From assembly GCA_002269645.1 (NCBI GenBank), contig NIVC01003300.1:41296-105295 (forward strand): a DNA stretch of 64,000 nucleotides, in the 5' to 3' direction. Numbering within the stretch: the stretch's first letter is position 1; each line of letters starts with the position of its first letter. A program made the position numbers and the translations under genes. Shown here piece by piece: positions 12,501-25,200 of this stretch. The stretch comes from Macrostomum lignano. Taxonomy: Eukaryota. The notes beneath the pieces were generated by a model. That model was given only the letters and a program-made list of their open reading frames with translations, had not been told where the DNA came from and searched no databases.

Positions 12501-13319
12501 AGCATGTGTGTATGTATACAGTAGTGCATTATCATTTACATTTATAAGAGTGATCTACATATTTAACTGAATAAAATTTGAGCTTAGTGCAACATGACCT
12601 ATAAATGCATCATTCACATGAATGTTTCATTCACATGACTCATTGAATAGTTTGCTCTAACATCTTACTTGATTGCACAGTCAGTGTTCAGTGTAACGTC
12701 CCAATCTTAGCTGACGATTGAGTGATGTTACATATCGTGCATCGCGCTTTGCCTATAATGCGAGTAGTGAGTGAAGACGCAGTCGTCCCCAAATTAATTG
12801 AATCTATCTTAAAACACAAGAGAGAGTGAGTAATGTACATGTACCAGTTAATGTACTAGTTGTGGGACGATGGAGCCAGTAAGTAGTATAGAAAAAAAGG
12901 CGAGCGAAGCGAGAATTTTTTTCTATACTGCTTACTTTTGCGAAATCGTCCCTGATAAGATGTAACGTGGTTGCACACACTAAAAATGACGTTTTTCAAC
13001 TTTGAAACGCTGCCAATAGAAAACGATACGACCGATTTACAAACAGTTTTTGCCAAAATGTGTCAAAGACCTAGCGCTATCGGATGCACAATAGTTGGTT
13101 GCCATGGCAACGCGTTTTGGTTGCCATGGCAACCAAAAACTGCGTTTTTTCAACTTTTTCAAAAAATTTGATCTCAATTACAGCGGCAGGAAATTATGGC
13201 AGCGCTTAGTGAGTGTGCTCAATAGACGCGGGCATTTGAACGCTACAATGATCAGAAATGGATTTTTTGATTGTATTTTCACTTTACAGGTAAAAGTACA
13301 AAAAACGTGTTTTTTGAGG

Positions 13320-15045
13320 TCGAAAAATTGGCATTTTTTTCAACTTTGCCTCACCGCAGCGAAAAGGACGCGCGATAGCGCGGCCTTTGAGCTGCCTCCT
13401 AGCGTTGACAACACTTTGGGCTGTTTGATGCGCTATAGTTTTTAGGGCTAAAATGTACTTTTCACATGGCTGCCTATCTGCTGTTTAAAAGTACAAATTT
13501 TTAGTGCACTTTTGTGAGGCCTATGGCGTCGAGATGGAAAACTTTATTTTTGCTGTTTTGTATACCAAATAACTCAAATGGATGTCTTTTAATCGGAAAC
13601 ATCGAGATTTGGCCGATTGGGCCATCAATAACCTGCCCAGGTGCCAAAGAGTGCCTAAAAACGACATTTTCGAAAAATTGGGTCACGTTTTTAAAAAGTA
13701 GTCCCAAAAAATAAGAAAGTGTTTTATGTTACGGTGTTGAGACTTTAACACAACGTGTCAAACATATGGAAATTTGTTTTCCTGAATTTTCTAAGCATTT
13801 GGACCTACCTGTGCGGAGCAGTGACCCGGAAACCAGGGAAAAAAGAGGCCGGGGGCTCTGCAGAAAATCAGACGTTGTTAAGAAAAATTTTTTAAAATGG
13901 GGCGAATTTTTTTGAGTGTAGTGTCAGATTGTAGCCTATCGGAAGCCCGTTTGAACGACGTACGACACTCTGGAAAAAACCCCTGTTAACAGGTACTTTT
14001 TACCTGTTAATTGAAAAACGGCCCATTTTGGGGTACAAACTTTGGAGTCGAAAAATAAGAAATTTTGCGCACCGATTTTTCTGCATTTTCAATATTGTTT
14101 AGTCGAATAGCTAAAGTTTCACCGGTCATACGCCAATATGGCTGGAAAATTCGTATTTTTGAGCAAACTGCATCTGATTTTTAAAAATGCAATTTTTCGG
14201 TCAATTTTTTGTACACGTTTTTCAACCTTGCCCGTACTGCAGCGAAAAGGACGCGCAATAGCGCGGCTTTTGAGCTGCTGCCTAATGTCAACAACACCTG
14301 GGGCTTTTAGATGCGCTATAATATTTTGGGCTAAAATGTACTTTTGACATGGCTGCCTATCTGCACTTTAAAAGTACAAACCGTTTGTGCACTTTAAAGA
14401 GGCTTATCCTATACAGATGCAAATCTTGATTTTTTCAATTTTTCAACCCAAATCACTCAAATGGATGTCTTTTATTCGGAAATGCTGAGATCTGCTTGAT
14501 TGGGCCATTCATTGCTGCTCTATATGGCTACAAGGGTCAAAAACAGTGTTTTTGAAAATTTGGGTCACGTTTTCAAAAAGTAGTCTCCAAAAATAAGAAA
14601 GTGTTTTTAGCTACGGTGTTGAGATTTTAACAAAACGTGTCAAACATATGGAAATTTGTTTTCCTAAATTTTCTAAGCATTTGGAGCTACCTGTGCGGAG
14701 CAGTGACCCGGAAACCCGGGAAAAAAGAGGCCGGGGGACTCGACCAAAAAAGCATATGTTGTTAAAGAAAAATTTTTATTACTGGGCGAATTTTTTCAAG
14801 TGTGGTGTCAAATCGTAGCCCATCGGATGCCCGTTCGAATGGCGCAAGACACTCTGAAAAAAATACCTGTTAACAGGTACTTTTTACCTGTTAATTGAAA
14901 AACGGCCCTTTTGGGGTACAAACTTTGAAGTCGAAAAATAAGAAATTTTGCGCACCGATTTTTCTGCATTTTCAATATTGTTTAGTCGAATAGCTGAAGT
15001 TACACCGGTCATACGCCAATATGGCTGGAAAATTCGTATTTTTGA
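13320..15045 (+). repeat. Internal ~880-bp tandem duplication inside element copy 1
   Basis: gcagcgaaaaggacgcgc at 13356 and 14239 (period 883); accggtcatacgccaatatggctgg at about 14121 and 15004. Copy 2 has this module once (about 17300-18145). Confidence 0.85.
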
Positions 15046-15487
15046 GAAAATTGGCTCCGAATTTTGAGTAGGCCATTTTTGGGCAAATTTTGAGCATACT
15101 TTTGCTAATAACTCTGCATTGGCGAGACCTAGAGACTCAAGTTTGGTGTCTAAAAACAGCACTATGGATGCATTATGCAGCTAAATCAGTTTTGAAAACT
15201 GATTCTTAGGTTAACAGGTCTTAATACCTGTTTGATTACCTGTCAGAACAGGTGAAAATTAATATTTTGGCGCCTAGCAGCCGAAAAATTTGTTGACATA
15301 ATTTGAAAATGCATTGGATGAATGCGCCTTAATGTTATCTCTGTAACGACATGTGACTCGTATTTTTAGGTAGAAGCGTTGCGATGCAACGAGCAGAAAT
15401 GTATGAAAAAGCAGCAAAAATGGTAGAAATGGCTGCTATTAGCGATATTCGATATAAAATACGTGTACTATAGGCCAACTAAGTAAG

Positions 15488-15560
15488 CAATTAGTGGCTC
15501 AGTGGCAGAGTTAGTTTCCATATAATTGAGTGCTGCAGGGTTCGATTCCCAAGAGATCCG
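15488..15560 (+). other. tRNA-derived Pol III promoter cassette (degenerate tRNA, possible CAT anticodon) inside the element
   Basis: A box tggctcagtgg (15495-15505), D stem gctc/gagt, loop tccatat, B box ggttcgattccc (15539-15550) at tRNA spacing, then an oligo-T run. The acceptor stem does not pair, so it is not a functional tRNA. Confidence 0.45.
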
Positions 15561-15869
15561 AAAATTTTTTAGTTTAAAGTTCTTTTAGAGCAAACAGATT
15601 TTTAGTATTTTTATTTCTCCAACTATTATGTTTTTTATACAAGTAAATTACATTTATTTAAATTTATTTTTCTTTTTATACGTATTTAAAGAGTAACAGT
15701 GAATCTTTTAGTGCGGCACGTATGATTGTTAGTGCAAAAAGTATATTACGATACATGTCGGCAAGCAAGTATTTGATGTCTGGTCGTTTGAAGGCTAGAA
15801 TATAGTTGTAACATATTACAAAGACGTGTTTAGATGTGGGAAAAGTTCTCGAGGGGTGGTGGAGCGGTG

Positions 15870-16735
15870 GGGGAGCCAGCCCCCCTTTACCACTAGACTA
15901 ACTAATGCCAGGGGCGTGGGGGGCGGCCAGCCCCCCACTATACCACTAGACTAACTAATGCCAGGGGCGTGGGGGGCGGCCAGCCCCCCACTATACCACT
16001 AGACTAATAAATGCCAGGGGCGCGGGGGGCGGCCAGCCCCCCACTATACCACTAGACTAATAAATGCCAGGGGCGTGGGGGGCGGCCAGCCCCCCACTAT
16101 ACCACTAGACTAACTAATGCCAGGGGCGTGGGGGCGGCCAGCCCCCTACTATACCACTAGACTAACTAATGCCAGGGGCGTGGGGGGCGGCCAGCCCCCC
16201 ACTATACCACTATACCACTAGACTAACTAATGCCAGGGGCGTGGGGGGCGGCTAGCCCCCACTATACCACTATACCACTAGACTAACTAATGCCAGGGGC
16301 GTGGGGGCGGCCAGCCCCCACTATACCACTAGACTAACTAATGCCAGGGGCGTGGGGGCGGCCAGCCCCCTACTATACCACTAGACTAACTAATGCCAGG
16401 GGCGTGGGGGCGGCCAGCCCCCCACTATACCACTATACCACTAGACTAACTAATGCCAGGGGCGTGGGGGCGGCCAGCCCCCACTATACCACTAGACTAA
16501 CTAATGCCAGGGGCGTGGGGGGCGGCCAGCCCCCACTATACCACTAGACTAACTAATGCCAGGGGCGTGGGGGCGGCCAGCCCCCACTATACCACTAGAC
16601 TAACTAATGCCAGGGGCGTGGGGGCGGCCAGCCCCCACTATACCACTAGACTAACTAATGCCAGGGGCGTGGGGGGCGGCCAGCCCCCCACTATACCACT
16701 AGACTAACTAATGCCAGGGGCGTGGGGGGGGCTTT
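15870..16735. repeat. 51-bp GC-rich minisatellite within element copy 1
   Basis: Unit ggggcgtgggggcggccagcccccactataccactagactaactaatgcca, about 16 copies with homopolymer length variation. Confidence 0.95.
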
Positions 16736-16844
16736 TTAGCTCTCAATTTAGGTTAAATAAATAGATGTCATAGCCATAAACAATAATAAGCAAATAATAA
16801 ACCATCGTCCCACCTTTGAAGACGACAGCGTCTTCATTCACTAG

Positions 16845-19800
16845 TTGTGGGACGATGAGCCAGTAAGTAGTATAGAAAAAAATGCGAGCGAAGCGAGAAT
16901 TTTTTTCTATACTGCTTACTTTTGCGAAATCGTCCCTGATAAGATGTAACGTGGTTGCACACACTAAAAATGACGTTTTTCAACTTTTAAACGCTGCCAA
17001 TAAAAAACGGTACAACCGATTTACAAACAGTTTTTGCCAAAATGTGTCAAAGACCTAGCGCTATCGGATGCACAATAGTTGGTTGCTATGGCAACGCGTT
17101 TTGGTTGCCATGGCAACCAAAAACTGCGTTTTTTCGACTTTGTCAAAAACTTTGATCTCAAAAAATAAGGATTGAGAATATGGCAGCGCTTAGCGAGTGG
17201 GCTCAGTAAACGCGGGCATTCAAACGCTACAATGATCAGAAATGGATTTTTTGATTGTACTTTAACTTTTAGGGTAAAAGTGCAAAAAACGTGTTTTCTG
17301 AGGTCGAAAAATCGGCATTTTTTTCAACTTTGCCTCACCGCAGCGAAAAGGACGCGCGATAGCGCGGCCTTTGAGCTGCCTCATAGCGTCAATAACACCT
17401 GGGGCTGTTTGATGCGCTATAGTTTTTAGGGCTAAAATGTACTTTTCACATGGCTGCCTATCTGCTGTTTAAAAGTACAAATTTTTAGTGCACTTTTGTG
17501 AGGCCTATGGCGTCGAGATGGAAAACTTTATTTTTGCTGTTTTGTATACCAAATAACTCAAATGGATGTCTTTTAATCGGAAACATCGAGATTTGGCCGA
17601 TTGGGCCATCAATAACCTGCCCAGGTGCCAAAGAGTGCCTAAAAACGACATTTTCGAAAAATTGGGTCACGTTTTAAAAAAGTAGTCCTCAAACTTGAAA
17701 AAGTGTTTTATGCTACAGTGTTGCGACTTTAACACGACGTGTCAAACATATGGAAATTTGTTTTCCTAAATTTTCTAAGCATTTGGACCTACCTGTGCTG
17801 AGCAGTGACCCGGAAACCAGGGAAAAAAGAGGCCGGGGGGCACTGCAGAAAATCAGACGTTGTTAAGGAAATTTTTTTAAAATGGGGCAAAGTTTTTCGA
17901 GTATGGCGTCAAATTGTAGCCTATCGGATGCCCTTTTGAATGACATAAAACACTCCTGAAAAAACCTCTGTTAACAGGTACTTTTTACCTGTTAAGTGAA
18001 AAACGGCCCATTCGGGGTACAAACTTTGAAGTCGAAAAATAAGAATTTTTGCGCACCGATTTTTCTGCATTTTCAATATTGTTTAGTCGAATAGCTAAAG
18101 TTACACCGGTCATACGCCAATATGGCTGGAAAATTCGTATTTTTGAGAAAATTGGCTCCGAATTTTTAGAAGGCTATTTTTGGGCAAATTTTGAGCATAC
18201 TTTTGCTAATAACTCTGCATTGGCAAGGCCTAGAGACTCAATTTTGGTGTCTAAAAACAGCACTATGGATGCACTGTGCAACTAAATTAGTTTTGAAAAC
18301 TGATTCTTAAGTTAATAGGTCTTAATACCTGTTTGAATACCTGTCAGAACAGGTGAAAATGCACAATTTGGCGCCTAGGAGGCGTAAAATTTGTTGACAT
18401 ACTTTAAAAATGCATTAGATGAATGCGCCTTGATGTTATCTCTGTAACGACATGCAACTCGCATTTTTAGATGAAGGCGCTGCGATGCAGCGAGCAGAAA
18501 TGTATGAAAAAGCAGCAAAAATCGTAAAAGTGGCTACCATAGGGAATATTCGATATAAAGGGCGTGCACTGTAGAGCTTCGCTTAAGCAAGAGATGGATC
18601 GGGGCCGAAGGCAGTTGCTTTGTAAATGGCCTAAACACGGGTTCGAATTCCAAGTGGGCCAAGTTTTTTTTTTAAATTTAATTTTTTTAGCAGGAACGGA
18701 TTTATTAGTATTTTCAATTCTCTTTCACTTGAATATAATTTAATATTGATTGTTTAATTTTCATTTCCTTCTATACCTTATTAAAGAGTAAGAGTGAAGC
18801 TGAAAGTGCGGCACAGATGATTTGTTAGTGCAGAAAAAATATTACGATACATATCGGCAAGTATCATGTGTTGCGCGGTCGCCAAAGGCTTACAAGCAGT
18901 TTTAGCATGCTAAAAAGATGTGTTAGAGGTGAGAAGAGTTGCGGAGGGGTGGGGTGGGGGAGCGGGGGTGTGGGGGCGGCAGCCCCCACGTTACGCAAAC
19001 CCCACAACAACAACCACCCTCCCCAACAACAACGCGCGGGAGGGGTGGGGGAGCGGGGGTGTGGGGGCGGCCAGCCCCCACTATACCACTAGAAAAACTA
19101 ATGCCAGGGGCGTGGGGGGCGGCCAGCCCCCCACTATACCACTAGACTAACTAATGCCAGGGGCGTGGGGGCGGCTAGCCCCCCACTATACCACTATACC
19201 ACTAGACTAACTAATGCCAGGGGCGTGGGGGCGGCCAGCCCCCACTATACCACTAGAAAAACTAATGCCAGGGGCGTGGGGGCGGCTAGCCCCCTACTAT
19301 ACCACAAGACTAACTAATGCCAGGGGCGTGGGGGCGGCCAGCCCCCCACTATACCACTAGACTAACTAATGCCAGGGGCGTGGGGGCGGCCAGCCCCCCA
19401 CTATACCACTAGACTAACTAATGCCAGGGGCGTGGGGGCGGCCAGCCCCCCACTATACCACTAGACTAACTAATGCCAGGGGCGTGGGGGGCGGCCAGCC
19501 CCCACTATACCACTAGACTAACTAATGCCAGGGGCGTGGGGGCGGCAAGCCCCCCCCCCACTATACGAGCGTACCACTAGAAGAACTAATGCCAGGGGCG
19601 TGGGGGGCGGCTAGCCCCCACTATACCACTAGACTAACTAATGCCAGGGGTGTGGGGGCGGCCAGCCCCCACTATACCACTAGACTAACTAATGCCAGGG
19701 GCGTGGGGGGCGGCCAGCCCCCCACTATACCACTAGACTAACTAATGCCAGGGGCGTGGGGGGCGGCAAGCCCCCCACTATACGAGCGTACCACTAGACT

Positions 19801-20899
19801 AACTAATGCCAGGGGCGTGGGGGGCGGCCAGCCCCCCACTATACCACTAGACTAACTAATGCCAGGGGCGTGGGGGGCGGCCAGCCCCCCCACTATACCA
19901 CTAGACTAACTAATGCCAGGGGCGTGGGGGGCGGCCAGCCCCCACTACACCACTAGACTAACTAATGCCAGGGGCGTGGGGGCGGCCAGCCCCCCACTAT
20001 ACCACTAGACTAACTAATGCCAGGGGCGTGGGGGCGGCAAGCCCCCCCCCACTATACGAGCGTACCACTAGAAGAACTAATGCCAGGGGCGTGGGGGCGG
20101 CTAGCCCCCACTATACCACTAGACTAACTAATGCCAGGGGCGTGGGGGCGGCCAGCCCCCCACTATACCACTAGACTAACTAATGCCAGGGGCGTGGGGG
20201 GCGGCCAGCCCCCCACTATACCACTAGACTAACTAATGCCAGGGGCGTGGGGGCGGCCAGCCCCCACTATACCACTAGACTAACTAATGCCAGGAGCGTG
20301 GGGGCGGCCAGCCCCCCACTATACCACTAGACTAACTAATGCCAGGGGCGTGGGGGCGGCCAGCCCCCACTATACCACTAGACTAACTAATGCCAGGGGC
20401 GTGGGGGCGGCCAGCCCCCACTATACCACTAGACTAACTAATGCCAGGGGCGTGGGGGGCGGCCAGCCCCCCACTACACTACTAGACTAACTAATGCCAG
20501 GGGCGTGGGGGGCGGCCAGCCCCCACTATACCACTAGACTAACTAATGCCAGGGGCGTGGGGGCGGCCAGCCCCCACTATACCACTAGACTAACTAATGC
20601 CAGGGGCGTGGGGGGCGGCCAGCCCCCCACTATACCACTAGACTAACTAATGCCAGGGGCGTGGGGGGCGAGCCCCCCACTATACCACTAGACTAACTAA
20701 TGCCAGGGGCGTGGGGGCGGCCAGCCCCCCACTATACCACTAGACTAACTAATGCCAGGGGCGTGGGGGCGGCCAGCCCCCCCACTAGACCACTAGACTA
20801 ACTAATGCCAGGGGCATATGTCATAGCCATAAAAGGATAAAAACACAATATATAAACCATCGTCCCACCTTTGAAGACGACAGCGTCTTCATTCACTAG
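16845..20899 (+). mobile_element. Non-autonomous Helentron/Helitron2-like element, copy 2 of the dimer
   Basis: Starts ttgtgggacgatg directly after the CTAG of copy 1. Ends ccatcgtcccac (20857-20868), the same hairpin (20872-20891) and CTAG (20896-20899). Colinear with copy 1 but visibly diverged. Confidence 0.65.
19060..20815. repeat. 51-bp GC-rich minisatellite within element copy 2
   Basis: Same unit as 15870-16735, about 33 copies. Confidence 0.95.
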
Positions 20900-22023
20900 T
20901 AAAGGTCGTTAGCAAGTTGCTGGCCCCGTGCTGTTGCTGTGGGAGTTTTGTTGAGTTTCTAAGACACACAGAACCACAGCTAATACGAGCTATAGAAGTA
21001 ACAACTTTTTAAATAGACTTTATCCTGTCTTTCTCAATCTCTGAAACTGAACCTATTTTATACTCAGAAATCCTTATGCTGAGCCAGGGTTCACTTATTC
21101 TTCAGAATCATCCTGTTCGCTTCGCAGTAAATATCTAAAATATCTGAAATCTAATCAATCAATATGCACATTACCCTAATGTATTCAGAGGTAATTTTAC
21201 GTAAACCATGGCGTTTTTTAAGCAATCATTCCAAGAAACCACTACTTAAATCCGTTTGTGGTAGGCCGATCTACCACTGGACTACTGGGGTGGACGGCGG
21301 CAGATCTCCCGCGGGCGACGACAGGAGGACGACCGGACCCCAAGTGACGGACTGACGTCATTGTTTTCAACTATTGTTCCCTTGGTTGTTCCCCGGCTGT
21401 CCCCGCCTTTGTTCCCCCACCTGTTCCCTCTTTTGTTCCCTCTGTTGGCCCCGGTTGTTTTAGTGATTCCAGTGGGCGGGTTTTTCTCGTTTCCCATCGT
21501 TGTCCCTCCCCTTGTCCCATCCTCTGTCCCATCCCCGGGTTTTCCCATGTTAACTTATTATATATTGTGTGAAGTTCGGGCATATTTTTGCTCATGCCTC
21601 TGGCCTCTTGCCTCTTGCCTCTTTCCTTTTTCCGTTTCCGTTTTTTCGTTTAATATTTAGTGTGAGTTTGATCGTTTATTAGTTATTTAGTTTTGCTCTA
21701 ACAGTTGCTCACCCTCGGCACCGCCGAATCAAGCTCGATCGTACGCAATTATAATAACAGTTTGTTTCTTTAATAATCGGTTAATATTAATAATAATAAG
21801 AAGCTCAGTTATATTAAATATTTATTCCGTCAAACTTAATCGAAGCCATTAGTTTTTATTGAGTTCTTTGCCCGCGGGGCGTAAAATAACCAATCAGTCT
21901 CAACTCAAAGAAAGCTCTGAGACCCTCAACGTTCCGTAAAACGACATTTACGGTGGTGGCAGCGCTACTTTACTACTGAGAGTAACACAACTAGCAATCT
22001 CGACGAATTACGAGTTTACGGTG

Positions 22024-22220
22024 TCTGAGGACCCATTCTGAACGACTCGGGCCGCTACTAGACCGCTCGACTGCGATTACGACCACCCTCCCCCCGGAAT
22101 TGAGGACCCGGCAGACGAAGTAACCAAGGAGAAGAATCAGCGCATCAATTCGTGCATTTTCCGGCTTTATTCGTGCTTCTACAACGCCGGCGGCAATTCA
22201 AACGAGGAATCCGCCCCACC
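22024..22220 (+). repeat. Dispersed repeat, CpG-rich copy (homologous to 28094-28292 on the minus strand)
   Basis: Shared blocks tctgaRgaccca, gactgcga, gaattgaggaccc, ggcttta, gcaattcaaa, ccgccccacc. One frame reads DCDYDHPPPGIEDPADEVTKEKNQRINSCIFRLYSCF, suggesting decayed coding origin. Confidence 0.8.
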
Positions 22221-25200
22221 TCACTGGGTCGTTCTCAAAGCTAGGTCACAACTTTTTGTTATTGCAAAAAAAGTTTATACATCGACCAATAATCGTACAA
22301 AAAAAATTCTTTTGACAATTTCTGTAAGAAGCTGCTACTAAAACCACAAGAAAACTTGAAATTAAGAAGAAATCAAGGCTATTTGTTATTCTTTGTTGCG
22401 GAAAATAAACGACAAAAATATTAAAGAGAAAATAAAATTTTCTTCCATTTTTATTTTAAATATGCAGTTAAATTTCTTTTGCAAAAATAAAAGAACAAGA
22501 AATTGACAAAGGAAATGTTTTTGAGCACAGCATTTTGTTACTCTGCTCTAAATCCCAGACATTTAAAATTATCGTGTGCGAAAAAGTGCGAAATTATTAT
22601 AGCATGCACTCGAAAGAACTTCGATCAGTTTAACTAATCACTGAATTGAGAAGTCTAAATAAGTCTTGAAAGGTTGAATTAAAAATCAAGTTTTCACTAT
22701 GTTTCTTTTCAAAGGCAAGATGATTCGACAAATAAAGAATGTTCATTTTTACCTCGAATAGAATTGTTCATTTTTACATTAAATATAATAAAATCTAACT
22801 AATAATAGAAAAAGTCAGGGAACTATCCTTGAACACCAAAAAGCACATTGTGGATTTAATATCGACTGCATGTTCCTTAATAAAGGAATTCGGATACTAG
22901 TATATATTTGATTATTTGTAGCATAATTTCTGAAAACTATAACTTGCTTGATTTTACTTTAAGTACTCATTACATTAATACTTATACCAAAGCTACATGT
23001 ACTTAAAATAAAAAATTATAGTTACTTGTTAGACATTTTACTCCAATTAACTTAAAATAATTCAAATTTATTTTAATTAATTCATTTTTTGAAACTTTTT
23101 GGAAAATAGACAAAATTGAATTATTTAATTACCAAAAACCTACTAGCTTAACTAAAATAGCAATTAGTCTTTAAGAAAAGATTTCACTTGTTAATTGAGA
23201 AAAATGAGGGTGTGCGAGGTGTAAAAATGCGAAAGAGCATGCAGGAAACAGAGACAAACAAAAATGTAGGTAAAAGACACTGCACATGCACATAATATGA
23301 TAACCAGACATAATGCGCACACTGAAACACCAGTAGCAATGACGCCCAAGCTTTTGATGATCACAAGCGAAAAGGCAAAACCCAGCCATCAATCAAAGAA
23401 GTAGACTATAGCACGCATCTTGAGTGCATCACACATTTTTTGCAGAGAAGCTCGAAAATTAACATTGTATTCTGTGCACAACCACCAACTGCGACAGGGT
23501 CTGCCGGGGGATTTGTGGGCACGCGGTCCCGGATACAAATCGGAGGAGTCGCTGAACATTCTGAAATTACAAGCTAGTACATGTAATTTTGTGTATTAAT
23601 ATATTTAGCCCGCTTTATTTCTATGCTCTCGTCCGCCTCTCGTTAATGCATCCCCAGACTCATGCAATAATCAAACTTATGATCGAACTATGCATGGCTT
23701 CCGTCCCTCGCTTTGAATCTCTCACCTCCCCATAGTTCCATCAACCTTACCGTAGTGGCTTCCTATGCAAAAATCATCCCTCCGCATCTTACACAGGCTA
23801 CTTCAGGCTGTAGACTGTACTACACTATTAATTAGTTGCGCTAAGGAATCTACATGTATTTGCTCGCAGCGCAGCGCGCTGCTCAAAGAAGTTTAGATCT
23901 GTCTAGATATTCTAGTAATTTCAGGTTTGTCCATAGACTAGAGCTCATGAGATGAGAATTCCATTAACTAGTATGTTTAATGTGAATGAACTGCGTGTGT
24001 GTGTGCTGTGCATACATATGTATAATATACGAGTAGTTTATGGGCCAAATTATTGTGTGGCACAATTCTTGGCATCACTCAGCAGGCACAAGATGCAGTT
24101 AAGCAGCGCACGAAAATTCTACAAAAGAAATTGAGCCTGGTTGAGGTGATGCGAGGAGGCAGATCCACACAATCTCAGTGAATACACCAGACTGCACCAG
24201 ATACGAGTCCAGTCGAATGTGCGCACTAGTCTAAGCAGCACACGCTTGTCCTCCTGACAATGACGGCACCTAGCTTCGTCCAAGCCTTTGTCAGCGTCAC
24301 TGACAGCGTCAATACTACCATGCAGTGCCACCTGCAGCACCGACAACGGCAATTCCTCCAGTTAGCCCACAACAGTGGCTAAACTGAGGGACAGGGAACC
24401 TACCCGCAGAAGACACACACATACACACACAGCACCGGCAGCAGCACTCTGACAGCATAACCTAAAGCTCCATGAGCTCAGTTTTCAAGCATTGAAGAAG
24501 CAGAAGCAGTCATCTTGAATCCAGGGATCAGGAAGAGTGTTGCATGTCCGACATGTGCTGTTTCCGTGGCAAAAGGTGATGGAGCAAATTAATCAACACT
24601 TACTATCTAGCTCGTATTAAGACTAAAAAACTGAGGCAAGCTGGGATTAAACCAAAGAAATTTTTTTACTATACTTTTTTACCATATACTTTTACTATAC
24701 TTCTATAGTATAGTAGAGAGGTACTCTATTTAAATGCAGTAAGAAGTGAAACAAATTTATATATTTAATTATTAAATTAAATTAATTCAAGGTAAATAAC
24801 TAATTTAACCAATTTATTAGGAGTATTTAATATTATAATAAATTGATTTTTATACCTTACACGAAATAAGCTCTACATTCATTTCTTAGCTTGGGGCCCA
24901 TCTGTATAAGGTCAGTTTCTTCAAAATGCTGATTAATTAATTAAGGCCTGTTGTCTTTACTTAAATTTATAAGGGCATCTTAGAAGTTAAGATTACTATA
25001 TAATACATGTATAATATTATTACTATATTATAATAATATAGTTGCAATTTTAATGACTATTGAATAAGTCTAAATGCTTCCCCTATTGACTTTAAATATA
25101 TGGTATCTTTCCCTTCAGAAAAAATTAGCATAGAATGACTTGATGAAAACAAAAAAAATCATTTCGAGATACACATTTGCTGATCATTCAGGTCAAATTT

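Larger units (their letters stand above)
12861..16844 (+). mobile_element. Non-autonomous Helentron/Helitron2-like element (HINE-type), copy 1 of a head-to-tail dimer
   Basis: 5' gtgggacgatgg (12862-12873) is the inverted repeat of subterminal ccatcgtcccac (16802-16813). This is followed by an 8-bp-stem hairpin tgaagacg-acag-cgtcttca (16817-16836) and CTAG (16841-16844). It has an internal satellite array and no coding capacity. Confidence 0.65.

Noticed and set aside
12711-12717. CTGACGA, a potential hammerhead ribozyme core
   Set aside because: No GAAA half-core or flanking helices nearby.
15488-15560. Functional tRNA genes here, at 46920-46995 and at 61405-61477
   Set aside because: Acceptor and T stems do not pair fully, so they are treated as tRNA-derived promoters or SINE heads.
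21160-21970. LTR-like segment ending near a PBS-like tggtggcagcg (21955-21965)
   Set aside because: The PBS-like motif is 7 nt from the nearest CA, no 5' boundary or TSD could be defined, and there is no second LTR.
24119-24400. GC-richer island with a 77-aa minus-strand ORF; also the exon-like segment at 26000-26150
   Set aside because: No convincing splice-site pair with consistent phase and no recognisable motif.
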